From Klebsormidium nitens (lineage: Eukaryota > Plantae > Klebsormidiophyceae): 64,000 nt of DNA. The notes beneath the pieces are model-generated. The model was given only the letters and a program-made list of their open reading frames with translations, did not search any database and was not told the origin of the DNA. Made by a program: the position numbers and the translations under genes. The DNA lies in assembly GCA_000708835.1 (NCBI GenBank), contig DF237054.1, positions 62,001 through 126,000 of the forward strand. Reading direction: 5' to 3'. Positions 38,669 through 50,584 of this stretch are shown in pieces. How positions within the stretch are numbered: position 1 is the first letter of the stretch; the number at the start of each line of letters is the position of its first letter.

Positions 38669-41600
38669 CTAGCTCCCCTCTTGGCCCAGCCACCGAGGAT
38701 CGATGACTTTCTGGAAGAACTTGCTGATACGAGGGTTGTCCGCATACCGAGTTACGTTGGCGGGATTTGCCACTACATCCTGCAACCCAAAGTGCTAAGT
38801 AAGTGAGCAACCAGACTCACAATGCCGGAACATACATTGGAGCTCGACCCCGCAAAAGGCTTAGGGTGTTTGACCAGAAGGGGCATAAGCAGACTAGGCA
38901 TACTCAGACCTAAAGACCCTTTTCCTTCAGGCCTTTCGATGAGACCGTCAGTGAAATCACATCGTTTTTTACCTCGACTCTAGTTTGCATAACGCGTTAC
39001 TTGGTCATTGATTCAGAGCCAGAACTGATCAGACTTGACCATGTTCGGAGCGCTTGATCCCAGGAGGGCAGGGATCGTCTCCGGCCTTTCAACGCTGCTC
39101 AGCCGCTTCGAACTTTGCAAACCACCTTGAATGTGATTCGCAAACGAAAATTAAAAAGAAACCTTCGCACCGGCGGAACCGTCCATAAAGGCGTCTTTGA
39201 CTGAAGACCCGTTGTTCCCAGGACGGACCTAGGCTAAGTTCAAGCCTCGTCGTCAGACTCCAAAAGACGAGAAGTGGGAAGAAAACGGTGAAAGCGAGAC
39301 GTATCAAGCAACAAGAACGTAGAAGCGGTAATGTTCGTAAGGACAGAGAAATGCGACGGACCACCATTTAGCTAAGGGTCTAACAGGCCGTTTGGGAGAG
39401 ACGAGAACGACTGTGCCAACGCAGGCTAGCTTTCACATACACGTTCCAGATCGACCGTAATGGGATATCATTTATGCAACAAGCCGACATGGGCCTATTG
39501 AGCACTTGTAAACCCGGGCCGCTTACCCTCGCCCCCAAGATGTTGTTTTCGACGGAGTGTTTGGATAGTTCCGACAAAGGCGGGGAGGGTGGTACATCAT
39601 CGATTACCGTGGATTTCGGTACTAACGTAACGCAGACTGGCCGTGCAACAGCTTGGGTGCGAGTTTAAGGTGCCCGACAAACTATTGGAAGCGAACGCTT
39701 GCCTGCACAGCTTTCATGATGAGGGGGTCGGCCATCGCCGCTTGCACCTCCGGGTCCCGTTGGCACAGCTCGCTGAACTCTGGCCGGAAGATGGAAGCAG
39801 GCCCACTGCAGACAGCAGGAATGGGGTTACAGTTAGGATCAGGGTTAGAAGTCAAATCGAGGTTACAGTAGGGTCACGTCGATGTAGCAAACTGCTGAAC
39901 CGGAATTCTGCTTTAGGTGTCGCCAGAACGACCGGATGTCGGAAAGGCGTCCGGGTTGGTCAGATCAGTATGAACAAATACTCCCGAGAAACAACTCCTT
40001 GAAAACCTTGAAAACTTTCTTTGATACAACGACACTTGGATGATATACAACGACACTTCGGTGTGAATCGAATTGAACTTCAGGTTGTATGGGGTATCGG
40101 CGAAATATCTTGAACATAACGGCCAAGATCACGTGAGCCTGTTCACTGCCACCAGTCGTGCCTGTAGAATTCGCGGTCACGAAGTAGCACGGAAACAGCA
40201 AGGGGGAGCACTTCGTAGAGAACCAAACCTGAGAAAGTGAGGCGCAGATACCATGTCTCAGGTGCAGCCCGAATCAAACTCTGTCCTTCCCTCTCCAGTT
40301 CTACTGAAGTAGAGTACAGAAAAGTATTGAGTTCTACTAAAGTAGAGTACAGAAAAGTAAAAACGAAGGTAATTCAGACACCAGGGGGGAAGAATGAGAG
40401 AGAAGCGAAGAAGGAGGAGGCTCACAAGTGTGGCCGTTGGTAGTTTGCCCCCAGCTTCTCTTGGTTGCTGATGTCCTCCTGCATCCTCGCAATCACCTGG
40501 CGCATGTTCTCCATCGCATTGTTTGAGTTGGTTCCCGCCTCGAGCATCATAGCGTCTAGCCGCCGAATGTACTCTTTGGCTGTGGGGTCGTCCATGAGGC
40601 GGTACCTGCAGAGTGCCTGGAGGACAGATTAGAAGCAGACAATTGCATGGTGAGAAAACCAATGTTACGAATGGTGACTTGTCTGGTTCAGCGGACGTTG
40701 ACAGTTTGAAAATCACTGCAGAGGGCTTCTGGAAATGAAAAGGGTTACTGAGGTGACCAGATGTGGAGTGTGTTCGGTGCCGTACTCAGCGCCATCATTT
40801 AGGCCATACTCGGAGTGGTTAAGAGTAGTGACAGACAGCGCCCAGGTTAAATGAGTTGAGGCTAGGAATAAAATCTTCAATGTACAGAGTCAGCAATACT
40901 GAAGCCTGAGTCCTGCACTAACAGGCGGTTGACGCAGGTAGTGAAGCGCGCCCCACACTGATGTGGCTGTTTGGCTTTCAATCTAAAAAGGTTCATTTGA
41001 CAGGATGATCACCTTGCTTTGATCAGCCCAAGAGTTATTATTCTCTTTCTGCATTGAACCATGTTCCAATCCCGCACAGTGGCTGCTCACTGCTCCCCCC
41101 TAAAAAGAACGACGGCAACACAAACAAGCAAAGCTTCTCTTTCTCCAAGTTAATTGAGAGAAATATCAGACCTTCCCATAGCACCCAAGTCAAGGTCCTC
41201 ACCTCGTTGTGAACACTTGCAGCTTTTCTACAAACGCCTCCATTTGCGCACAGAAGATCTTCTTCCCCTCCAGGTCAAAGTCAAAGTACTTGGCCTGTAA
41301 CGGCCCCAGCGTCGCGAACAGCTTGGACAACTCAAATGCTTCTTGCTCAATGATTGAATTGTTGAAGCCTGGGGAATCGCCCGCACTGCATAGCACCACC
41401 CTAGAGCATTTTCTCATTTCCCCCAGCCCTAATTTGAAGAAGTTTTGATCAGGCCACACGTTCAGTCTGCACGTAAAACCCCACCAATGCTCCCCTGCGG
41501 ACATGTGTTGAGAAGAAGTAGCAGGGTTGCTGGGTTTCCCTAAAGAGCTGCGTGTGTGAACAAGTACGTGCCGTTGACTCCTCAGCTCGAATGAGGAAGA

Positions 41601-41822
41601 AGCATTTGGTGCTGCAGAGCTTGGACAACCTGCTTCCACGGGATTGGAGAAGCGACCAGTATGACCACTATGTAGCTTTCTTCTTCCCCCCCAAACATGT
41701 AACTGAGGGCAGACTGCCCCTTGCATTTGCGTCCCAGCCAGACTTTGGCGATGGGCTTCAGGGGCTCCAATCTGAAAACCTACACAAGAAAGGAAGGAGC
41801 ACGAGCTTGACACGGCCGCCAT
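38669..41822 (-). CDS. Probable plastid protein: long N-terminal extension + DUF1825 + STI1 domain (337 aa)
   Basis: Exons 41822-41203, 40605-40426, 39805-39703, 38779-38669; the last intron is GC-AG. DUF1825 motif FNNSIIEQEA...FDLEGKKIFCAQMEAF. STI1 motif DPEVQAAMADPLIMKAVQ|DVVANPANVTRYADNPRI. Confidence 0.85.
40297..40359. repeat. 33-bp-period direct repeat x2 in intron 2 of the DUF1825 gene
   Basis: AGTTCTACT(G/A)AAGTAGAGTACAGAAAAGTA at 40297 and 40330. Confidence 0.9.
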
Positions 41823-42100
41823 TTTTTTCCTGGACCTGTAGGCTGGTGCAATAATAATATATGGCAAATGCCAACGAACTCCCCCTGCACGGAAGTTTGG
41901 ACCTCAGGGTTTGACTAACCTTCTTCAAACGAGGTGCTTGTTGGTCTAAGGGTTTGCTTAACCCTCCTCTCCCTCTCAGCTCGCGTGCGCGGACTTGCAA
42001 GGCCTCCGAGTTGACCCGACCCGACCTTTCAAGTAACGCTAACCTGGTCATGAACCCAAGCCTTCAGATATCCAACAACTTACGGTATGTTGACAGAGCG

Positions 42101-42409
42101 CGGACAAGGAGAATAAGTCTTCGCACAATCGGAACCGGGGACACTGTTGGCCGGAGTCGAGTCTGGCGCGACGGCAGTGATCCCAGCCCTCGATGCTTCC
42201 CTAGACTCAAATCTGACGGCCTCTAAGTTCTGCCTCGGAAACCACGTCTGAGGCACAACCTGTGCAGGTTCTACCCAGAATGTCATCTGGACCGTCCGAT
42301 TGGGTTTCTTTAAACATCTGACGGATAGAACAAGCGGAAACCTCAGCGACCCCACCTTTCCAACAGCGTCCCCGGTTCCGATTGTGCGAAGACTTATTCT
42401 CCTTGTCCG
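42101..42409. repeat. 50-bp inverted repeat (49/50 identical, 209-bp spacer) in the DUF1825/TRM13 divergent promoter
   Basis: Arms 42101-42150 and 42360-42409. Confidence 0.95.
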
Positions 42410-42722
42410 GACTCTTACAGCATGAAGAAAGCCCTCCAATCTCCTCTAAGACTTGGCAACAGCAATGCTGGCAGTGGCAGAGGTTCTTGACGCTTCCCTG
42501 AATTGCAATGCTTGTCTTGCACCACCTCCACTCTCTCAATGCTTGCAAACTTCCTGCTGCGGCTAGCTCACGCCGGCTCACCAAATGCAAGCTGGAGCAG
42601 ATTCTAGCTGTGCGGCGGTTGTCGCTGAGAAACATCAAGCCTTTTGCAACAGCCTTGGAGATTAGACTAGAAAGAAAAGCCTTCTTCCAAGTCCTGCTAG
42701 TGGTGGTGTAGCTCGAGACCTC

Positions 42723-45700
42723 ATGATGGAAAACGTTGCTCCAGAGGATGGTGTAGAGATGCTTGAACATGACATCAGCAGCGGCGCCGTTTCCAAAGGC
42801 GACAGAAGCAAAGGTGAAGTCAGCAAGGCAGACCTCAAGGCAAGTGGTGGCGCTGGAAAGGCGGTCCGCATTGCGTGCTCGTTCTGGCTGGAGAAGAAGA
42901 AGCGGTTTTGCACCAATCAATCGAAGCCGGGCCATCGCTTTTGCGGGAACCATGTTCCGGAGGAGGCGCTGGGGTTCAAGCGAGTGCCTTGCCCAGTGGA
43001 TCCGTCTCAGTAAGGAAAGACCCTCTCACCATCCGTCAAGAGAGTGCGTATATCCAGATGTGGGAAGAACAAGGCAGTTGTTGATTGAACCATCAAATTG
43101 TTAGTTCTGTTTCGGATGGCAAAGCAGTGATGTCAGGGTGGTGTGCCATAGGGTGACAAATATGTAATCTCATACATCAGAACTCAGTTGTCCAACATAT
43201 TCTCTATTTCCACCACCACCAGTTTCTGGCGAACCTATCCTGCGCTCATCTTTCTGGCTCCGAATCCTCAGTGTGTATATAGGATCTCTGTTGTGTTGAA
43301 AAAGAGCGCCATGCCTGCCAGCAATGACATGGGAGGCCCCGACGCATGGTCATTCGTGGAGAGTTGTTCGATGAAATCCTGTGAATGCCTTTAATCTCCA
43401 CCTTTCAATTATGACCTGGAGGAGCGGTCCATCGCATCCAGTTCCTTGTTGGGTATCATAACAGGTGCTTGCAACACGGGTCTAACAAGAGCCTGCTTCT
43501 TCAGAATGCTGCGGTCAAGTCTTAAAACTGGCAATGTCCACATCTGCTGCAGCACTGTTCCTGAGTTTGAAGTCGCCGCACACGTCCTCCGGTGCCCTGC
43601 CGCCAAGCAGGCCCAAGGGGTGAGGGAGCAGCCGTACTTTCGGGAAGGAGTGAACGCAGGTAGCGACGCAGAGAATGGAAGTCATGACGGAGCCGGAGGG
43701 GTGCTGACAAGCCGGGAGAAGCGAGCGCTGCTGGAGGGGTTGAGCGAAAGCGAGTTCTGGGGCTTTTTGGAGAAGGTAAATGCTGGAAACCTTGTTCAAA
43801 TCTGGACGACAATGACCCTTTTGACTGGGTGAAGGCCGCGATGCTGTTGTTTCTCGTCTGTGTCCGGTGTTCAGGACTCATATTTTAAAAAGCCACGGGG
43901 AGATCCGTCTTCAGTCGAAGCTCGATTGTCATGCTCGTATGAGATTTGGCATGAGAGGAGTATGCAGACGCGCAGCCTTTTCGGGGATGACAGTTTTCTG
44001 AGCCGTTCGTTGGCCTCTTCCTGTTACAAATTCTGATTCTCGATCACGCTGGGAGCAGAGAGAGCAACCGTGAATCCGTGGCATAGAGAATCGAGACAGT
44101 TGTCATCTGTCAGAATCCTAGCAGACGCGTTTCTGTCCGTTGGTCCACGGTCAGATCCCAACCATAGGTGACCAAGTCGAGCTGACCCTGCCTTCTGCAT
44201 CTCAGCCAGGGCGCTTGTCAGGTTTGAAGTCTTATGTTCTGTGGTTGCTTTCTTTGTTCACCAGACGGCCATGGTTATCTGCAAGCGCCCGACCATGGTT
44301 TCTATTATATGCAGATCGAAACCGCTTACGCATCCACCTGTCCCGAGCCCCTGGTGCGGCGGGTTGCCCAGCCGGAGGGCTTTCGGCGCTGGTTGGAGGG
44401 AGGGAAAGACAGGTGCGTCAGCTGCGCTTTGGGTCCCATATTAAGGCTGCATACTTAAGCAGGCTGGATTAGCGGTGTTTTGAGAGGGGGAAAACCGAGG
44501 AAGGGCAGCACCAACAAATTGCCGTTTCTGACTGTCATTTTTACTCTTACTACCAAGCATTCTTTAGTCTCGACAAAATGGAAGCGGACTGAGATGGTTT
44601 GTTGCCGAGCTTCTGTTCCGTGAAGCTTCTACGTTGACAAATGCCCAAACGAACAAACGGATACCTCGCCGGAGCACATTCTGATAGGACGAATAATGCT
44701 CTTGGAGGTTGGACTCTAACGGTTTCTTGCCTTGTTTCGCCAGCTCGAGTCCGTTCAGCGCAAAGCACTGGGAGCAGCAAGCATCCATTCTCGGCAATAT
44801 GGATCGTGCGGGGCTGATTGATCGACCTCGTCCGGGAGATGCTGAACGGGCGGCCACCAAAGGCACGACGTCAAGTGGCCCGCCGACAGAAACGAGAGCG
44901 GACTTGAGAATCGAAGAGGACCTTGCAGAGCCCGTACTCGAGGAGGAGAGAGCGAATGGTCTCCTGAGAGAAGCCGGAAGCGGTCGGGAAGCTGTTATTA
45001 ACTCCCCCGATACTCTGCATCGAAACACACCTACCCGCGAAGACGGGTCGTCATCGAACGGCGTTCCGGATGGATTAGCTGGCACGGACGCCTCAACTGT
45101 GAATAAGCCCCCGGGGCGCGTTTTCATCGAGTTCGGCGCGGGGCGGGGCTACCTCGCGAACGCGCTCTACGAGTGTTTCGGACAGCCGGACGTCCTCTTC
45201 GTCGAGCGGAGGGCGTACAAATTTAAAGCGGACAGGGCGCTGCGGAAAGTGGGGAAGATGGAGCGGATCCGGATCGATATCGAGGACCTAGATTTGGCGG
45301 GCGTGGAGAGTTTACGGGGGCGGGGGTTCGTCGGGGCGGGGAAGCACCTGTGCGGGCCGGCGACGGATGCGACGCTGCGGTGTTGCCTTGGGAGCGGAGA
45401 CGGAAACGGAAACGGGCCGGGCGATGGGATTGGGAAGGAGAGGACGGGAAGATCCGGAGGGGACGAGACTGCTTCGAAAGGAAGGGGCGAGTCGGGTAAT
45501 GAAACAAAAAGCGTCGGGAAAGGGGCCCGAGCAAACGGGCTCAGTGCTGACGTCAGCAATGATGCGACCGGCGAAAAACGGGCCACGAGTATCCCGACTT
45601 CCGGTCCGGATCTGCGGTCAGAAGTGGATGCGTCGCGGGAGGCCCCGTTTTGCTCAGGGGTCGCTGTGGCCACCTGCTGCCACCACCTGTGCAGCTGGAG

Positions 45701-46256
45701 AACGTACGTGAACAAGGCCTTTTTCCGGCGGCTGGGTTTCAGCCCAGCGGACTTTCATATGCTGACGTGGCTGACTAGCTGGTGTGTGTCGGGGCCCAAG
45801 TTCGGGGAGCACCGTGGGCCGGACGCCGGCAATATCGACGAGTTGAGCAGCCCGGTAGGAAGATCCGTGGACGGAAGTGACCGGTTGAAGGGGAATGGTG
45901 CGTCGTCGATGTCGATGGGTGAGGGCAGCAGAACCCAAACAAATGAGAAGTCAGACTTGGGGTCAAAAACAGCGCGCAAGGAAGGAAGTTTGGCCTCTGA
46001 TAATGCAAGAGAGAGCTCGGAAGTGAATGGAGCATCGAACGGAAGTGTCACTTTGCAACCTCCAATCTGGGACGCTTTGTTGCCATCGCAGCGCGCAGAG
46101 CTGGGCAAGAAGTGTAAGAGGCTGATCGATACGGGTCGGCTAGAGTGGCTCGCGGAGCAAGAAGGGTTTGCAGCGGAGCTGATTGAGTATATTGATGCGG
46201 AGGTGTCTCCGGAAAATAGGTTGCTTGTGGCAACGCGGACACGGAATGTATTATGA
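42723..46256 (+). CDS. TRM13: tRNA:m(4)X methyltransferase TRM13 (~706 aa)
   Basis: Exons 42723-43009, 43553-43775, 44315-44412, 44744-46256. N-terminal CCCH and CHHC zinc fingers. Motifs: FIEFGAGRGYL, IRIDIEDLDL, KHLCGPATDATLRC, ATCCHHLC, CKRLIDTGRL, SPENRLL. Confidence 0.95.
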
Positions 46257-47055
46257 GGAACTAAGTTTGCATGCTGCCAACTATGTTCAATGCTGCCGGT
46301 CACCGAGTAGCAAGGAGCTTGAGCCACCAAGATGGAGTACCGTTAAATCTACTTTCATGGTGCACCATGAGTGGTTCATGGCATGTCTTGAGCTCCAGCA
46401 ATCTTAAGCTCCATTTCTCATTCGCAGCTCAGCCTGCTTCTGGCTCGACATGCCGCCTGTCGTCGAGTGAATCCCCTGATGCAGATCGAAGTAATTATAC
46501 GCGGCCGCTGGCGACCGGGCGATCCAATTTAAGAGTACCGGCCGTCGAGATATCGAACAGGCCGTCCATCGAGCTTGCCACAATATTATAGGTAGTCTGC
46601 AATCGTACATCGATCATGCAATTGCGCGAGCCTGATTTATTGCGATGCATTGACAATCAAGGGCATGAGAGTGTGCCGCACCCAGGCCCGCGCTTTCGTG
46701 GATGCAGTCGTTGGTCGGACGTAACCGCGGGGGCAGCGGCGCGGCCTAGTGCAGGCCGCCGGATATGTATATTGACCAAGAAACTCCTGCATGTTGCAAG
46801 ACTCATATGATGTAATTGGCAGCGAGCCGCTCGGTTGGATGCACCCGGCCGCTGCTGTGGATGGCATAGATAAGAATAGCATAAAACAGTGTATCCGGAG
46901 GGCCTATCATATATTGTACATGTAGATCCAACCAATCAGAAGGTCCCAACTCACTCTTCCACCACCGAGGCTTGTTTTAGGTACTTCTCAACGTCATTCT
47001 AGCAAAACGCGGCAGTTTGTGAACTCGCAAGTGCACAACAAACTCAACGATCATA

Positions 47056-49858
47056 TCAGACCGTATACCCTGGATTCTTCCCTTGCTGCACGTCCCCATA
47101 CCCAACCAGCTCCTCAATATCCTCCACACTGCCCACGAAGAACGGCAGCCGTTGATGCAGAGCCGAAGGCACGATATCCAAGATATCTCGCTTTCCGTCG
47201 GACCCCTTTCCGCCCGCCTGTTCCGCCACGAAGCTGAGCGGATTCGCCTCGTACAGCAGCCGCAGGTGGCTCCGCGGGTTACCGGCCCACCCGCCGTACA
47301 AAAGCGTCCGGTGGAGGTCCGCAACTAGGGAGCAGACGTAGCGAGCGGAGTACTGTTTTCCGCTCTGGCCCTTGCCTTGACGAACAGTGTCGATGTATCT
47401 TTGGAGGCCGGCGGGCCAGTCGAAGTAGCGGGCGTCGTTGAGGGAGTAGATTTGGCCTGCACGGAACAACGAGAAAGTCCCGTTAAATTCAGCCTGACTG
47501 ACTTCTCGTTTGCTAAGAGACACAGGCAAGCGAGCGAAGTGTGAAGCCAGTTCGTTTTAGAAGAAGACGCACTCTGTCGTTCACCAGTGGGCCTAAATAA
47601 GCGACACAGAGGCTTCCGAGGAGTCTCGTGATCTTACGTGGATCGTCTCAACTCCTCGACAATGTGCATCCCATATCTGAAGGGGACCAGCGTTGAAGGC
47701 AAGGGATTAAAACACTATCAAGCGTCTAAGTCAAGCCCATCCCCACCTCGGCGTGGCACCTTCATGTCCGGGTGCGTTAGAACCCACTCGCCCAATCTCC
47801 GATTAAGGGTAAATCCGTGGGCCCCATGTCCGACGCTGATGACCAGCATCGTGGCTGAGGAGTATAGCGCATAGCCGGCTGCTAGGAGATCCCGGCCTGG
47901 CTGCAGGGCCTGCTCTTGACACCACTCGGGGCTTGAGGCTGCAGCGCAGCTGGGCTTCACTCTGTGAATGCCGAAAATGGTGCCTGCGCGAGTGGCCGGT
48001 TTGAGGTTGAGAATCTTACTCGGAAAAGGTGGCCGCAGGGCCCACAGGATTGTCGCTTCTGAGGTGCCAGCTTTTTTAGGACAACTTGCTTGCTAGATTT
48101 GAAAAGTTGAGAGTCTAGAACAGTTTCCGGCGTGAAGTGTTTGCTTCCAGGTGATCTGTATGCGGTTAAAATGACTGAGACTGTCGAGAAGCGACTTATG
48201 TCTCTCAAGAGCGGGAGTCAATACATTCTGACGATGCCCAGTACGCTTTTGCATCGGACTCATGCAGATTGGAAGATCGTGCATTGGGAGGCAGTTGGGA
48301 AGGCAGACAGCCTTTTCGAGAGATGATTCTACGCATCCTCTTCAATGGCATTCAATGACCAAGCCCACCCACAGCGTTCGACACTTATCTCCAGAATACG
48401 TTGCAGAAACAATTGTTTCCAACAATGGATGTTGACTCACTACTCAGAATTGCTCATCAAATCTCCTGGAAAGAGGAGCAGTAGTGACATGGACTCTTCT
48501 TGGTACTAATAAGCCTCACCTGTAGGAATTCCCGCATCAATGTTTCTACTCCCGTCCAGGGGGTCAAACGCCACCACAAACTTGCCCCCCTCGCTGCCTA
48601 CAACAGGCTCCTCATCTTCTTCAGACGCAAGGACGGCGACACAGCCCGTCCGAAGCAAGGCGTCTTTGAGCAGGTCGTTCTGTAGGGGAAGGTCGCCAGA
48701 AATTTGTTCAGCAGCTGCTTGTTGTGGACTTTGGATATCAAAGACTGACGAGGAAAGGAGGTTTTCAGGATATCAGAGGAGCGCGTTGCCACATCTCTCT
48801 GTGGAATGTTTAGGGCAGGGAGAAGAACAAAGTGGATGACTTCTCAGCGGTTTGGTTTGCGCAGGGGAAAAGTAGAGATCGGATTCGGTGGTGTTTCTTT
48901 TGAAAGGGTCCACAATTGGGCAGCCGGTGGGGCTGAATAGCAACCTTGAAATCATAGTTTCCGAGCTTAGAAGAAATAGGGGCAAAAGAAAAGGGGCAGC
49001 TTAGTGCACTGATGAGGCAGCTGCGACACATCTTGTCAGCCGTTTGCAATAAGCAAGAAGTGAAACCTTTTCTTTTTCAGTAATCAATCATGACTGCTCG
49101 CTGAATGCCAACTTTCAGGTCAGTACCAGACCTCGACGAGGGAGGTCAGGCCAGCAAAAGCGCCACCAAAACTTTGATGCCAATACTCGACCACCCACCG
49201 CCACTATGTCCATCGGCTTCGCCACATCTCTTCCGCTCGCACTGGCGCCGCTCTCTCCTCCTCCTGTCAAAGCTGGCCCGTCATCGATCCCCAGGTGGCT
49301 TAGCCGCTCAGCAATCCCCTTGCAAGCCTCTTGCACCGCCAGAAACACGGCAGCAAGCTCTTTCCCACCTTCCAGACCATGAACCTCCTTCTCGAGGAAA
49401 TCTTGCAGCCTCAGCTTTGTTTGGGAGGCCGTCCGCTGCTCTGATTGTCCTGCTGATGCTCGGGGAATCGAGGTCATCCTGATCCTGCTTGTAGCTTTGA
49501 TTGAGCCCTTTGATTGAGAAGAAGGTGTGTGCACGAGGGGCCCGGCTGTGTAGGCAGAAAACGCACAATGCAGAGAGTGGAGAGCCGTACTGGTGTCGAG
49601 CGTGCAATGCTGTCCCTTTCTTAAAGTTGAAGTGTTTGAGTTGCCTTGGGAAATCGAAACAGGGTGAGAATTTGCGAGTTTCCGTGCTTGAATTGGCCTC
49701 CGGCGCCTCCCCTCTCTGGAAGCCTCAACAAGTGTCCCAGGTAGAAGACACGTTGCAGAGACAGAGGCAGATTCCAATGCAAGAGAGTAAACCATGCTAG
49801 CGCCTGGGCACAGCAGAAGCTTGGATACCAGCTGCGGTTCGAATGGCAAAATTCCCAT
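47056..49858 (-). CDS. FBP: Chloroplast fructose-1,6-bisphosphatase, cpFBPase-II type (alternative start 49795)
   Basis: Exons 49858-49199, 48679-48520, 47983-47747, 47456-47056. Motifs: GRDVAKPMDIVAN, FDPLDGSRNIDAGIPTGTIFG, YSARYVCSLVADLHRTLLYGG, C-terminal GDVQQGKNPGY. Confidence 0.93.
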
Positions 49859-50303
49859 GCAGCTGAAGCTCCGGTTTGCAGGCGCGGTGGGCGCGCTCGC
49901 GCGTGCAATTGCTTAATCGCAGGGTCCGACAGAATTACTGTAGTGTTTAGGGTTAAGGGAAGCCCGCGTTAAACCTGGCCCCTGTGCGGCCGCGATCGGC
50001 CAGAGCGCGCGCCCTCAGTGCGAATTAACCGGTCGGATCGGACTTCAAGTTCGGAAGGCGCAGCTCAGGCGCTCCATCTAAATAGCGCCTTATCATCAGC
50101 AAAGCCACAAACTTGCGCAGTGTTCTCTCTGAGTCTTCTCAAGAGACCTGAAGAGCTAGACAGCGGGCTTCTCTGGCTTGGTCCTGGCCACTTCACTTCT
50201 TTCCGCAGCTCAGTCAATAAGCACGAAGTTTCCACGGCCGCCAAACATTCAGCAGACTGCCGCCAGAAACAAGAAAATCACGTGCAGGGTTGACCCGAGT
50301 AAG

Positions 50304-50584
50304 ATGGTCCCATTCTCAGAAGACGACCAAAGGCGAGTCGACATCTATTTTATTGAGCTCCTTGAAAGGCGCGTCGCGAGAATGGAACCAAGGTCAAGGT
50401 ATCGATTCGAAATTGAGATCCGACGTCATCGGAGGGTCATCGGGAGAAGTTCCTTGACCAACCTAAGAAAGTAATGAGTGAGAGCTGGGAGGCAGAATTT
50501 GAGAAGCGATTCATCGAAAAGTTTGACAACGATCTCAAAGCAAAAAGGGCGCTGCGGGGAGTGCTGGAGGCAGACCCTGAATAG
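50304..50584 (+). other. Two small overlapping ORFs (56 aa and 36 aa, TAATG stop/start), possibly a small gene or pseudogene
   Basis: MVPFSEDDQRRVDIYFIELLERR... and MSESWEAEFEKRFIEKFDNDLKAKRALRGVLEADPE. They sit where a divergent partner of FBPase would be expected. No family recognised. Confidence 0.3.

Noticed and set aside
40297-40359. CRISPR-like repeat with palindromic core
   Set aside because: Only two adjacent copies, no unique spacers and a eukaryotic intron context. It is a simple tandem duplication.
42207-42953. 248-aa minus-strand ORF
   Set aside because: Antisense to the TRM13 5' region, with no family motif.
45167-46330. Several 100-190 aa antisense ORFs
   Set aside because: Shadows of the GC-rich TRM13 exon 4.
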